From contig MTSL01000200.1 of NCBI GenBank assembly GCA_002794465.1, forward strand, positions 11,063 to 43,062: a stretch of DNA of 32,000 nucleotides, written 5' to 3'. This document shows, one piece after another, positions 9,192 through 19,549 of the stretch. The translations under genes were made by a program, and so were the position numbers. How positions within the stretch are numbered: the first letter of the stretch is position 1; each line of letters starts with the position of its first letter. Under the pieces are notes generated by a model. That model was not told the DNA's origin. It saw nothing but the letters and a program-made list of their open reading frames with translations, and did not search any database. Origin of the DNA: Paramicrosporidium saccamoebae KSL3 (lineage: Eukaryota; Fungi; Cryptomycota).

Positions 9192-9302
9192 ATGTAGTTT
9201 ATGTTTGCTGGTTTTGCGAGATTTAATTTGTAGAGACGGATTGCATAGCAGCATTATCAGTCTGCCCGACCCCATCCGCCGTGCCTCACCCCAGACTGGT
9301 CG

Positions 9303-11767
9303 ATGGAGGTCAGCAAGCCACTAGAGGTCACACATGCCAGCGTGGGGGCGGGAGGCCGCAAATCTGGACAGGCCAGCAGCATCTTTTCGCTGTCATTAAG
9401 CAGTACCGGTCGTCTGGCCACGTCCGGTCTGGACTGCACTGTGCGAATCTGGTCGTCCGAGCTGCAGCTACTTTCCATTCTGTCCCGTCACACTGGCGCA
9501 GTGCTCTGCGCACGTTGGTCGCCAAACGGAGAACTGTTGGCCACGGCATCAGATGATTCCATTGTGTTGGTCTGGCAACTCTCACAGTAACCCTCTCATG
9601 TGATGCATGAATATTGTAGAAACTCTTATGGAAGTTTTGAGGCCGAGTGTAAGGAGCATTATACGGTGGTACACCGATTGACGGGACACGAGTCTGACGT
9701 CAATGGAGTAGAATGGTCCTCGGATGGACGCTATTTGGCGTCCTGTGGACTAGATGGACGTGTGTTGGTATGGGATGTGCAGAACAGCTTTAATTTACTG
9801 CGTCGGATTGAGACAGAGCCTCGACGTCCCTTGAAAGGATTGGTGTGGGACCCATTGGGACAATTTCTTGCCACGCAATCCAATGATGGCACTTTGTACG
9901 TGTGGAGACTGCAGGATTGGAAGCTGGAGACACTGATAAGTTCTCCATACACAGAAGGACCGGTGGAGAGTCTGACTTACTTTTCCCGACCGGCATGGTC
10001 ACCTGATGGACGAGTGCTCTGTCTGCCTGATGCACTGAACGAAAGCGATACAGTGGCATTGTTGGTAGAACGTGATGATTGGCGCTGTGAACAAAGTTTG
10101 GTGGGTCATGCGGGAGCAGTACAGACGGCACGATTCAGTCCACGTTTGTATCGGACGACGGAAGACAATCAATTGGTCGTAGCATTGGGTGCCCAAGACG
10201 GCGTCGTGTCATTATGGGGCAGTGGAGGAGAGCGACCATTGGCGGTGCTGACGGGATTATTTGATCATGCGGTAATGGATCTGGCTTGGAATGCAGATGG
10301 ACGTTGTCTGTATGCGGCCAGCTATGATGGAACCGTGGCAATGATCAAAATGGAGACGAGCGTAGTAGGCACAGTTGTAGACGTTCAAGAACAAGACGAA
10401 TTGTTGGGAAAGCTATGTCAGGTGCAAAAATCAGCAGTACTCGCCCTTCCCACTAGTTTGGCTCAGATTGCTCTACAGGATCGTCTGGACTCTATCATGA
10501 CACAACGCAAGCCCTTAAACCCCGACAGTACGGCGAATCTTGATGGTACGGCGAGTACTGGTAATCTGGCGACTCCTGGTAACACGGCGAATCTCTCCAA
10601 TACCATGAATCTAGCCAATTGCAGCAATTCCTCTGCCCTTCAAGCGGGATTAGTTACGGCCCCCGCCTCCACGGATGCTATCACATCTGTGCCGGCTCTG
10701 GCTACCCCTCAAAGGGAAAGTCGATTAAAGAATGGAAAGAGACGGATCACTCCGCAGTTGCTGCAGTCTGCCAATCCGACGCCATCCACTGAATCGTATA
10801 CAGTGGTGGTAGGAAAGGCGGCGCGTAAGAGCTGGCTTCGAGTGGCAACACCAAAGACATTGGTTGTCGGCTCTATCGAAGTGACCAACAACACTGGCAG
10901 TGGCAACAATTGCCGAATCGTTAGATTGCAGGACGGACGGGTTTTGTGGGAGGAGCGATATGATTCGCTAGTGACAGCAGCAGTAGTGACGGGAACAGAT
11001 GTACTGATTGCTGCGCTCAATACGAATCGCATTGTGGTGCTGTCGCCGGCGGGCCGGAGATTGTTGCCTCCGTTACTGCTCTCGGCTCCAGTGACGCGAC
11101 TCTTGTCCTGTGAGGATGTTTGCACTGCTCTCCTTGACAATGGTCTCTTTTACGTTTGGTACGGACCACAATGTATTATAATATTTGTAGGCGGATGGCT
11201 GGATCGCTGTTGAATTGCATTGTGCAAGATGAATTACCTCCACAGGGATTGTCTTCAGAATTGGTCTCTTTGGAGCTGCGCTGTCGCGACAACGAGATAA
11301 CTCTTGATTTTGGCTTTCCCTCTAATCGGCTAGTTTATTCGGCAAGCCAGCGCGTCTTTTTTGAATGCGACGGCACTGATCTCCCTGACACTCTCATTGA
11401 CGCAATTTGGGGTGATCCCGCCGTTGATCCGGCCCTCATTGCACGGCTTCTCAATCAGGTTGATAGCGCCGATCTGAAGGCGAAATCGTTGGCCCAAATG
11501 GAGGCACAAATTGCCGCATGTCGCATGGTTGGTGACTTTGATCGACTTGTGGCATGGCTGGCCGCCTATGTGCAGCGACTTGCCCTGGAGGAGCGGGTGG
11601 GGAAGCTACAAGAGCTATTGGAAGATTTGCCCACTCTGGGCGTTAATACCTCCAATGTCCGACAAATGATTTCGTCCTTCCTAGCCACCAGCCCATCTGC
11701 CCTACTACGGCATCTTGCTGATAACACTATTACTAGCACCGCCAGCCACAACAGTAATATTATTTAA
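9303..11767 (+). CDS. HIR1: Histone chaperone HIRA/Hir1, 799 aa. Exons 9303-9586, 9620-11158, 11191-11767; introns of 33 and 32 nt
   Basis: WD40 blocks (HTGAVLCARWSPNG..LATASDD, HRLTGHESDV, KGLVWDPLGQFLATQSND, FSRPAWSPDG), the Asf1-binding B-motif QRESRLKNGKRRITPQLL, and a C-terminal HIRA region. Confidence 0.93.
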
Positions 11768-12195
11768 TTCTGGCTGGAGAAACGTGTATAATCGTTTACA
11801 TTTATAAAGCAAATTAATGTTGTGACGTAGAAGACTGATTAGTTGGGTATTTGAGGATAGTTCCCTAGTTTGGAGAGGAGATAGTCAGAACAATCGATGA
11901 AGGATAATGTTATTTGTGAGACTATAAATGGGTCATTGGACTGACTGAATAAATTCTCTTCTCGTCCCATCTCGTCTCTTTCCGCCTGACAAAGTCCGTG
12001 GTATTATCCCCACTACGCGACAATGTGATCCCTAGTATGAGATTTTCAGTATAAATCCTTGGTCCGTAGATGTGCGATCTTACCCAGACGCTTACTGCGC
12101 ATGAAAACTATGGTGTAACGTGTTTATACAGAAAAGACTATTATCCCACGCACGTATTATTATCTCTACGTGCGCGTTACTTTCATCTTCGCGCG

Positions 12196-14210
12196 CTAGT
12201 AATCGTGTCCAAGACACTTCTGGGCTGCCACCATCTCCAAATACTTTTGGAGAAGTGCGTCCACTTGGGCTCCCATGTTCAGGGTCATCATTGTCGTCCT
12301 GATCCGCTCCACGCCGTGCATCCTGATCATTTTAAAGATTTGTCGACCTACCACGTTTGGGTAGATTGCCGTCTGATAATGTCCTGCCTGGTGTAGTAGT
12401 AGCTTAGTTACTGCGGTCAAGGCATGGGCCAGACGTCCTTCATCCGTGTACATTTCCAACAATGCCTGCCACGCCTCCTCGCAGAATGCCGTTTCTACAC
12501 ACTGCCGATAGGCCTCTTTGGCTTCTTCAAAATGTGCAAGCCGTCGACAGAGTGTCCCAAGGATAAGCCATTCCCGTGCAGTGCGCTGATACGGCATATT
12601 TTCGCCCCGAAAGTGCTGCACCTCTCCGCGATAAATGGTATAGACGCGCATATCATCAAACAGAACCATAAACAATTGATCGAGCCAGCGTTCGCAAAGT
12701 CTCTTTCCAGTTTTGGGGGGCGGATGGTCGTCTAACGGAATCTGTTCCATCTCAGAGACATCAGAGGGACGGCGATCTGTCCTTTGGGCGCGATATTCTT
12801 CCTCCATCAAAAATATTCGTGATCGCAATTTCAGCAAATCGTCCCATCCCGTTGCCGCCACTAATTCGACCAGCACGTCGTAAGCCTGCTTTAGCGCTCC
12901 TCGCAGTCGGGATCCCTTTAGACGTTCCAAAATGCTGTCCTCACTAGGCGATTGGGAGACCTCGTCTTGTAAGGATCGGTTCTTGCGAGGGATCCACGGT
13001 TTCGTGGTCGGCAGGATTCTAATAGCTTCTGGTTCTGGATTTGGCGCCACTGGGCACGTGTTCATGGCAATCAGTGCCGCCTCATACTTTTCCATCTTGA
13101 TCAATGCTCTTGCAAGCGTCATCCAAGTTTCGTGATCGACTGGTGACGCTTTTACTGCCGCTCGTCCAATCTCTACTGCTTCCTCATACCGTTTCTGCAC
13201 ATTATTATTGAGGCGCTATTTACCTTGGACATGAGAAATTCACATTGATGCACAAGAACGGTGGGCATCCTGGCACCATTTTTGATCAAGACATCATGCA
13301 TTAGCTGCACAGCCTCTGGCTCCCGGTCTACACTTAGATCAGTACGGTTATCGTACCAGAGAAGAGGAGGAGTTTAGCAATTAGGGAGGACACTTCCGGG
13401 TCCTTTTTGGAAAATACCTCAAAAGACTCAATGGCTACTTGCGGCTTTTGGCATTCTTCAAAATATCGTAGTACCCCCAGTGACAAAAAGTTGTTTACAT
13501 TTGTCCCAGTGGATTGTCCGTTGACCGCGCCAAGTTGCCAGCCACTCCAAAATAGCTTGTTCACAGCCTCCAGAAACCGTCGCTCCATAATTTCAGTGGC
13601 CAGAGGATCAACTCTCCTCAAGCCCACCAGTCGTAGATTACTTTGGTGGATTGTCCTCAGCACGGAGCATACAAACGTCTCCTGCCACAACTCTGCTGTC
13701 GTCGGGATCCTAAACTTAAAAGCCCGCCCTGCATGTACTTTGTGCCAGCAGCAGTGATCGCATATGCAGTGACGCCTCCTGGGATCCGTGCCTCCACCCG
13801 CATATCCACGCCAGTGAATGCGTTGTAACTGCAGTAAACACTACGCGTAATCTTCCACGGATTGCTCCGAAACCATCCCTCCGAGCTGTCCAGAGAATAG
13901 GTGAGCGAGTTTACATATGCTGCTATTGATGCGCTTGAGCTAGTGTCCACACCCAACACAAAGTGATAACTTCCAACCTAGCTGTCAATCTACTGGGTGG
14001 CCAACCTCCTTAAGCGTCTTGCCAGACTGCGAGCTCTTGACAATGTGCACCAAGTCGGGTGGTCCCAACTCTCTGGCATTCCCTATCCATCAGCAACTCC
14101 ATTTGCGTACCCAATGATTCAGTGCGGCTCTGTAGACACTGTCCAGAGTTGGCTTCAAAGAGCTCCGAAATGTCGGTAAAGCGCTCCCCGCTGTGTTCAG
14201 TACGGCTCAT
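12196..14210 (-). CDS. ChAPs family exomer cargo adaptor (Bud7/Bch1/Chs6-like), 623 aa. Exons 14210-14111, 14082-14006, 13977-13739, 13709-13357, 13327-13224, 13194-12196; introns of 28, 28, 29, 29 and 29 nt
   Basis: The spliced frame is continuous (1872 nt) and gives ELGPPDLVHIVK, VGSYHFVLGVDTSSSASIAAY, YCSYNAFTGVDMRVEARIPGGV, LWQETFVCSVLR, GWDDLLKLRSRIFLMEEEY and KRLCERWLDQLFMVLFDD. The paralogue cannot be assigned. Confidence 0.92.
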
Positions 14211-14223
14211 CGTTTATGCAAAG

Positions 14224-14234
14224 TCGACCAATCA
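14224..14234 (+). promoter_or_regulatory. CCAAT box (tcgaccaatca) in the 39-nt bidirectional promoter
   Basis: The identical 11-mer occurs at 25738-25748 in another divergent promoter. Confidence 0.5.
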
Positions 14235-14249
14235 AAGTTCCTAATTAGC

Positions 14250-17051
14250 ATGAGTGACAGCGACTATACAGGCTCAGAGAGTGACTATGAAGAGGAGCTA
14301 TTTAATGGAGATTACGAAGAGGAGCTATTAAATGAAGATGATGAAGAATATGGTGATTATGAAGAGTATGACGAAGAGGAAGAGGAAGAAGAGGAGATTT
14401 CCGAGGACGAGGATTTGGATTCAGACTTGGCGGCATCTCTTTCAAGGTGTAGTAGTGCGCCTGCCCCCATTGAAGACGAAGCAACTGCCAATACCATTAT
14501 AGAGTCTTTGCAGAATATCCTCCCCGAGTTGGGAAGTACGCCCAGTAATACGCCTGTGCGCATGACCGACCTCGGACTGAAAATTTCACAAATGGTGCTC
14601 CACCGCCGGCCTGTCGAATCTCCGGAAATGGAATTGGATGAGGCGCCTGATGCATTTTTGGAAAAGACACTCGCAGGTCGTCGTCGAAACCGCACGGGGA
14701 AACGCGGCCGTCCGAAAAAGGTGGATTATGGATTTGGGAAATCGACCACCCAAAATCTCCCGCCCGAGACCAGCAAGTTAATGGGCCAGGCAAATATGTG
14801 CTACGTTAGCAGACGGTATGAGGAGGCCATAGTGTTGTTGTTGGAGGTTGTACGCCAAGCACCACATGCATTTGAGGCGTATCAGACACTAGCTCTGATC
14901 CACGAAGAACGAGGAGATCGCGATAAGGCCTACAGCTATTACGTAATTGCTGCCCATCTAATTAAGAACGACCCGGAAATGTGGCGAAAGTTGGCGTTGC
15001 TGACGCTGGAACTCAATCGACCGGTGGAAGCAATCTATTATTTGGGTCGACTTATCAGGATGCGGGATGCACGGCCAGAATATTTCTGGACACGGGCGCG
15101 CTTGTGGGTGGAGAGGGAAGAATATCGAAAGGCAACACTTGGATTTCTGCGCCTGTTGTTGTTAGAGGTGGAGGGGGATGGTGAGACATTTCTGCAAGTG
15201 GCCACCTTTGCCGCGAGGGTGGAACATGCCGATCTAGTTGGTGGAATATTCTTGCAGACGATTACACTGGCAATTAATTCTCAAAGGATCCCCAGCATGG
15301 CAGTGATTATGTATGTGCTGGGATGGCTACAGGAGCAGAAAGAACTAGACAAGATCCAAGCAATAGTCGAGTTGATAGCCGTGCCGTTAGTGTCGGAAAT
15401 GAATATTAATATGCCAGTTAATTGGTATGCCCTTGATGACGAGCAACGCGTCCTGATGGCGTTGGATAATTTGCCTGTTGAGATTAGACTGTACTATTTG
15501 GTATCACTAATTGGATTGAAGAAGCCAAACGAACATGCATGGACCAGTTCTCTCGATCCCCATAGATACGGCACTTTGATGAGAATTGTTGGCAAGACGC
15601 TACTTGCAAATGCACAGCCGACAAGTGCCCTATCCATCCTTCTTCCCCTAATGGATGTCCCCTCCCTGGGCGATCCTGATCTGGGAGTATCTATTGGGGA
15701 ATGTTACCGATTGATCCCGGGTCAGGAGGAGATGGCAATTGGGACATTTGAGGCAGTCCTGGCAGTGTGTCCTGAGCGGGGCGATGTGCGGACAGCACTC
15801 TGTGATTTGTACCGTCAACAAGGTCGCTTAGAAAAGGCTGCAGCGGTGCTGAAGCAAGAAAATGTCCAATGGCCCACTCTAGCGGCAAAGCCCGAACGAC
15901 ATCCGCCATATCCCGCGGATGAGGTGTTTGAAGGCCTCTTTGCCTGGGACTCGGCATTACCACTGCCAGAAATTGAGTCGGGAGGAAGTAGATCGTTGCT
16001 TCATCTGCGGGGCGACACTGCGATTAGACGAAGAAAGTCAAAGAGACGAGTCAGAAGAGTCCGCCGATTTATTGCCTACTCAGAGGCCCAAATGAACGCA
16101 GTGCAACAGGATTACCATCGGATTCTGCGGTTGTGTGGCGGGTCCAATGAAGCAGCAAGCATGCGTCAGGCTCGACAGTTGGCGGCCCCGTTAGTGGAAG
16201 ATATGATGAGCAATCCGAGTTTACGTCCTGCTGATAAACAGACTATACGGACTACGGATCTATCGCTGCTACATGGACTGACTATTGCGGAATGGTTCGA
16301 TCTTTTGTGTCGCTACTTGGTTGTGGAATGCCACGTCGGGTCGGTGGAGCGAGCTCTCAAATTTACACGAATCTTCTTATCCCGTTCCGTATTTCATCTA
16401 GATTCTCACACATCTGTCGTCCTAAGATTGCTACATTTGGGGATTGCACATCAGACGAGGAATAATAGTGTCGTGTTGCAGGCAACCCGATGGTTTATCA
16501 GAGTGTGGTCTGATTTGCCCCTCTCCTCGAGCCTTTTGACAAGGGCAATGGCTAATTGTCCTCCTGACACTATTGATGCTCCTTTCATCCGCTTCCTCGA
16601 ACGTCTGGCTGCCCGTCATCCAGAACGACCTTTGGTGCAGGCATCCAATCTCGCTCTGATGCTCTACACGGAACGCTACGAATCTGCCATTCGCACTGGC
16701 TATGTTTTGTTAGCTAAATGTCCTACTCATCAGATGGGATTGTTGGCAACGGCGGTGGCGTTACTTCACCAGTCAGCAAAGAGGACGTGTCGCGCACCGG
16801 GACTGTTGCAAAGACGGGCGTTTGCGCTGATCCACCACTATCGCAATCTCGTCGGGGTTGTTGGAGATTACAATGTGGCACGCGCCTACCATATGATGGG
16901 CAAGCCCGAACTCGCTGTGACATACTACCGACGGGCCCTTCACGGCCCCTTGAGAACAGCCGCAGCGTTTAATCTGCATTTGTTGTTTATCCAGGCCGGG
17001 GAATATGCTCTGGCAGCCCATTATTTAGCCAAATACCTCCCCGTCGTATAG
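14250..17051 (+). CDS. TFC4: TFIIIC TPR subunit Tfc4/GTF3C3, 933 aa, apparently intronless
   Basis: Acidic N-terminus; KLMGQANMCYV..RYEEA..LL.EVVRQAPHAFEAYQTLALIHEERGD..KA; C-terminal YNVARAYHMMG...LAVTYYRRAL and AAFNLHLLF. First ATG at 14250. Confidence 0.88.
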   Translation: MSDSDYTGSESDYEEELFNGDYEEELLNEDDEEYGDYEEYDEEEEEEEEISEDEDLDSDLAASLSRCSSAPAPIEDEATANTIIESLQNILPELGSTPSNTPVRMTDLGLKISQMVLHRRPVESPEMELDEAPDAFLEKTLAGRRRNRTGKRGRPKKVDYGFGKSTTQNLPPETSKLMGQANMCYVSRRYEEAIVLLLEVVRQAPHAFEAYQTLALIHEERGDRDKAYSYYVIAAHLIKNDPEMWRKLALLTLELNRPVEAIYYLGRLIRMRDARPEYFWTRARLWVEREEYRKATLGFLRLLLLEVEGDGETFLQVATFAARVEHADLVGGIFLQTITLAINSQRIPSMAVIMYVLGWLQEQKELDKIQAIVELIAVPLVSEMNINMPVNWYALDDEQRVLMALDNLPVEIRLYYLVSLIGLKKPNEHAWTSSLDPHRYGTLMRIVGKTLLANAQPTSALSILLPLMDVPSLGDPDLGVSIGECYRLIPGQEEMAIGTFEAVLAVCPERGDVRTALCDLYRQQGRLEKAAAVLKQENVQWPTLAAKPERHPPYPADEVFEGLFAWDSALPLPEIESGGSRSLLHLRGDTAIRRRKSKRRVRRVRRFIAYSEAQMNAVQQDYHRILRLCGGSNEAASMRQARQLAAPLVEDMMSNPSLRPADKQTIRTTDLSLLHGLTIAEWFDLLCRYLVVECHVGSVERALKFTRIFLSRSVFHLDSHTSVVLRLLHLGIAHQTRNNSVVLQATRWFIRVWSDLPLSSSLLTRAMANCPPDTIDAPFIRFLERLAARHPERPLVQASNLALMLYTERYESAIRTGYVLLAKCPTHQMGLLATAVALLHQSAKRTCRAPGLLQRRAFALIHHYRNLVGVVGDYNVARAYHMMGKPELAVTYYRRALHGPLRTAAAFNLHLLFIQAGEYALAAHYLAKYLPVV

Positions 17052-17328
17052 ATTGCTATTCCTGTGAATATTAATGTGAATGCGAATATGAATAGACTTT
17101 TATTTCTAACAAGTCCTGTCAGATTTAGTCACTAGGGCTTTGACTGTCTTGAAACCAAGTTAGCAGCCATCAATTAATGAAACTTGCCAACACTTTATGA
17201 AAAGGTGGCGGTTATTGTGAGGTTATAGTAAAGACCCTTTATCAGTGTCCCCGGCCCGTAGTTATACTATCTCACCGTCATGTTTGCCTTTTCATGGGCC
17301 TGCGGAAGCGGAATTTGAATAAATCGCA

Positions 17329-17340
17329 CATTGGCCAATG
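17329..17340. promoter_or_regulatory. Perfect 12-bp palindrome CATTGGCCAATG (back-to-back CCAAT), 40 nt upstream of the ankyrin-like gene
   Basis: Read directly from the sequence; function is inferred. Confidence 0.4.
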
Positions 17341-17380
17341 ATATGGCAGGACATCATTTAATTAAACACTCTCGCCGTTA

Positions 17381-19315
17381 ATGAAGGTGCCGCTGCTTCT
17401 CACCGTCCCTTTCGTTTTTGCGTCCGTATATAATCCTGTAAGACCCCTTCTCCCGGCAGAGAGTGACAGCAGCGTGGACACTGAACCGTTAATATCTCCG
17501 AATACAGAGTCGGGAAAGAATGCTGAAAATTTTGACGACTTGCTTGGGAGCGAAGGCGGGCTGGACTTGAAAAAGCTGGATCTAGCACTTGGGATTGCCA
17601 TGTCAGGCGTCGTAATGGCAGATGCCTCAGGCATAATGAGAAGAAGCGCAATTTTGGACAAGGATCAGCTCCCATTAATCAAGGAAGCGCTAGAGATGGG
17701 CTATGGCAACTATCTGGAGTGCATGTTGAATGTCGAGCTTGCCTGGTGGCATACCGAGGAGGAACGCCACTTGTTCTTGGCCCAGATCTACAAAACACCA
17801 TACTACAAAAGAGACTTGTGGAATGCCCATCGTCCCCAATTGAATTGGAAAAGGTACATGGACGCAGCAATCATGGCGGACAATGTCGTCTTTACTTTAT
17901 CTCGTCCCAAGACTTTTGAAGCTACTCTTAAGAGCCCTGCAGCAATCGCAAAATTTATCAAATATGATTCTGCCAATATGGTGAGATGCTATGTCAGCGA
18001 TCTCAACGTCTTTGCTACCAAGATGCGGGATTTAGCCATCGCTGGCTCCGTTAAGATTCTACGTCTGCTGGTGGAGCAAGACATTGAGTTGGATATGAAG
18101 AACATTACCCTGGAGGATGCGTGTCATGATGTAAGAGTCTTGCGCTTAATGTGCGAAAGCGGATACAAGGTTACTGTGACTGATGAAAGGCTCGATTTAT
18201 TTATGGAACAAGGCATGCTGGCACACCTTGAACTCTTCCATCACCTTAAACCCAAGAATCTTCCCACTGCAGAAGGAGTTGCAAGGGCAGCCAAAGCAGG
18301 CCATCTGGAAGCCGTAAAATGGGTAGTGGGTAAATCTCGAAAACGGCTTCCCTCAAATTCTGTCGACGGAGCCATCGCCAAAAATGGCCATCTAGCCATG
18401 CTCCAATGGCTTTTTGAGCAAGATCAAGGGCGGAGGATGCACACTATGGTGCTACTAGAGGCCATTGCCAAAGGGCATTCAGCTATCTTGGACTGGGCTT
18501 ATGGCATCGATCCAAATTTTTTGCAACGCATTGGAACGATTGATCGGATCTTTGTCGACAAGGCTTGTATTTCCGGAAAAATCGAGGGTCTAAGGTGGCT
18601 ACATAGAATGAATGTTAAAGTATTTCCAAGCAAACTCGGGTTGGCTCTAGCTACGTATAAAGGTCGCTTGGATGTGCTCCAATGGGTCATCACCATCAAG
18701 CCCAGCGTCTTCCCTAATGTCAGAGACCTTAATGCGGCTGCTAGTGAAGGCCATTTGGACCTGTTAAAATGGGTCCATTCCAAACAGCCCACGCTGATTC
18801 CCAATGCTGAGGGCGCAAATAAGGCAGCAAAGGGTGATCACGTCCCAGTCCTCGAGTGGTTGGCCTCGAAGGGGGTGTTTCCCAACGCAGTAGGTCTTAA
18901 CAAGTGTGTCGGATCTGGCAGCCTTACGGCCGTGCACTGGATAACGCAAGAGCAGCCAACATTAAACCCATCTCTCTACTCCATCCTCAAGGCTGTGAAA
19001 GCTGGTCATTTACAGGTCATTAAGCACATTCACAGAACCAAACCTAGATTGCTGAATTGTTTGGAATTCCGATTGGCCGCAGAAACCAATGGTTGGGAAG
19101 GAATAGTTGCTTTCCTAAAGACAAATGTGCCGAATCCCGAAAATGAAACAATTGCCGAGATTCTTCCTCCAAAGAGCTGGAGAGCGATGGATATTCCGAT
19201 AGTGAATCTTCGGGCACCATATCCACATCCGACTACGGCTCGTGGTCGCCATGGTCGCCATAAATCGTCCTTTACAGGAGGCTGTCCATTTTCGAGCCGG
19301 CATAATTCAGGTTGA
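17381..19315 (+). CDS. Predicted secreted 644-aa protein with 9-10 ankyrin-like 29-aa repeats
   Basis: Signal-peptide-like MKVPLLLTVPFVFAS; repeats of the form AAxxGHLxxLxW (AAKAGHLEAVKW, AKNGHLAMLQW, AASEGHLDLLKW, AVKAGHLQVIKH); intronless. Confidence 0.85.
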   Translation: MKVPLLLTVPFVFASVYNPVRPLLPAESDSSVDTEPLISPNTESGKNAENFDDLLGSEGGLDLKKLDLALGIAMSGVVMADASGIMRRSAILDKDQLPLIKEALEMGYGNYLECMLNVELAWWHTEEERHLFLAQIYKTPYYKRDLWNAHRPQLNWKRYMDAAIMADNVVFTLSRPKTFEATLKSPAAIAKFIKYDSANMVRCYVSDLNVFATKMRDLAIAGSVKILRLLVEQDIELDMKNITLEDACHDVRVLRLMCESGYKVTVTDERLDLFMEQGMLAHLELFHHLKPKNLPTAEGVARAAKAGHLEAVKWVVGKSRKRLPSNSVDGAIAKNGHLAMLQWLFEQDQGRRMHTMVLLEAIAKGHSAILDWAYGIDPNFLQRIGTIDRIFVDKACISGKIEGLRWLHRMNVKVFPSKLGLALATYKGRLDVLQWVITIKPSVFPNVRDLNAAASEGHLDLLKWVHSKQPTLIPNAEGANKAAKGDHVPVLEWLASKGVFPNAVGLNKCVGSGSLTAVHWITQEQPTLNPSLYSILKAVKAGHLQVIKHIHRTKPRLLNCLEFRLAAETNGWEGIVAFLKTNVPNPENETIAEILPPKSWRAMDIPIVNLRAPYPHPTTARGRHGRHKSSFTGGCPFSSRHNSG

Positions 19316-19549
19316 ATGCTTTATAGTCGCATCGTAATAAAAGTACGCATTTGGAAAATAAGAGCGAGAAGCTGCGGGAGGGTATATTGACGGATCAAGT
19401 CATTGAAAGGGATCGTAATTACATTGCAGTTAACATGGCCGCCATCATGGCAACTGAGGGTAAGAAACTACAAGAGTGTATCGATGAATTGAGCCCCCAG
19501 AAGAGATTACTACGTTGTAACTAGCACAGCTGTCATTATGAATGTTTCA

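Noticed and set aside
9256-9301. 9-bp stem atcagtctg/cagactggt just before the HIR1 ATG
   Set aside because: One G-U pair and a 27-nt loop; chance level for a window this size.
12149-12174. Perfect 8-bp hairpin cgcacgta-N10-tacgtgcg downstream of the ChAPs stop
   Set aside because: Several such 8-bp inverted repeats are expected by chance in 32 kb; no supporting feature.
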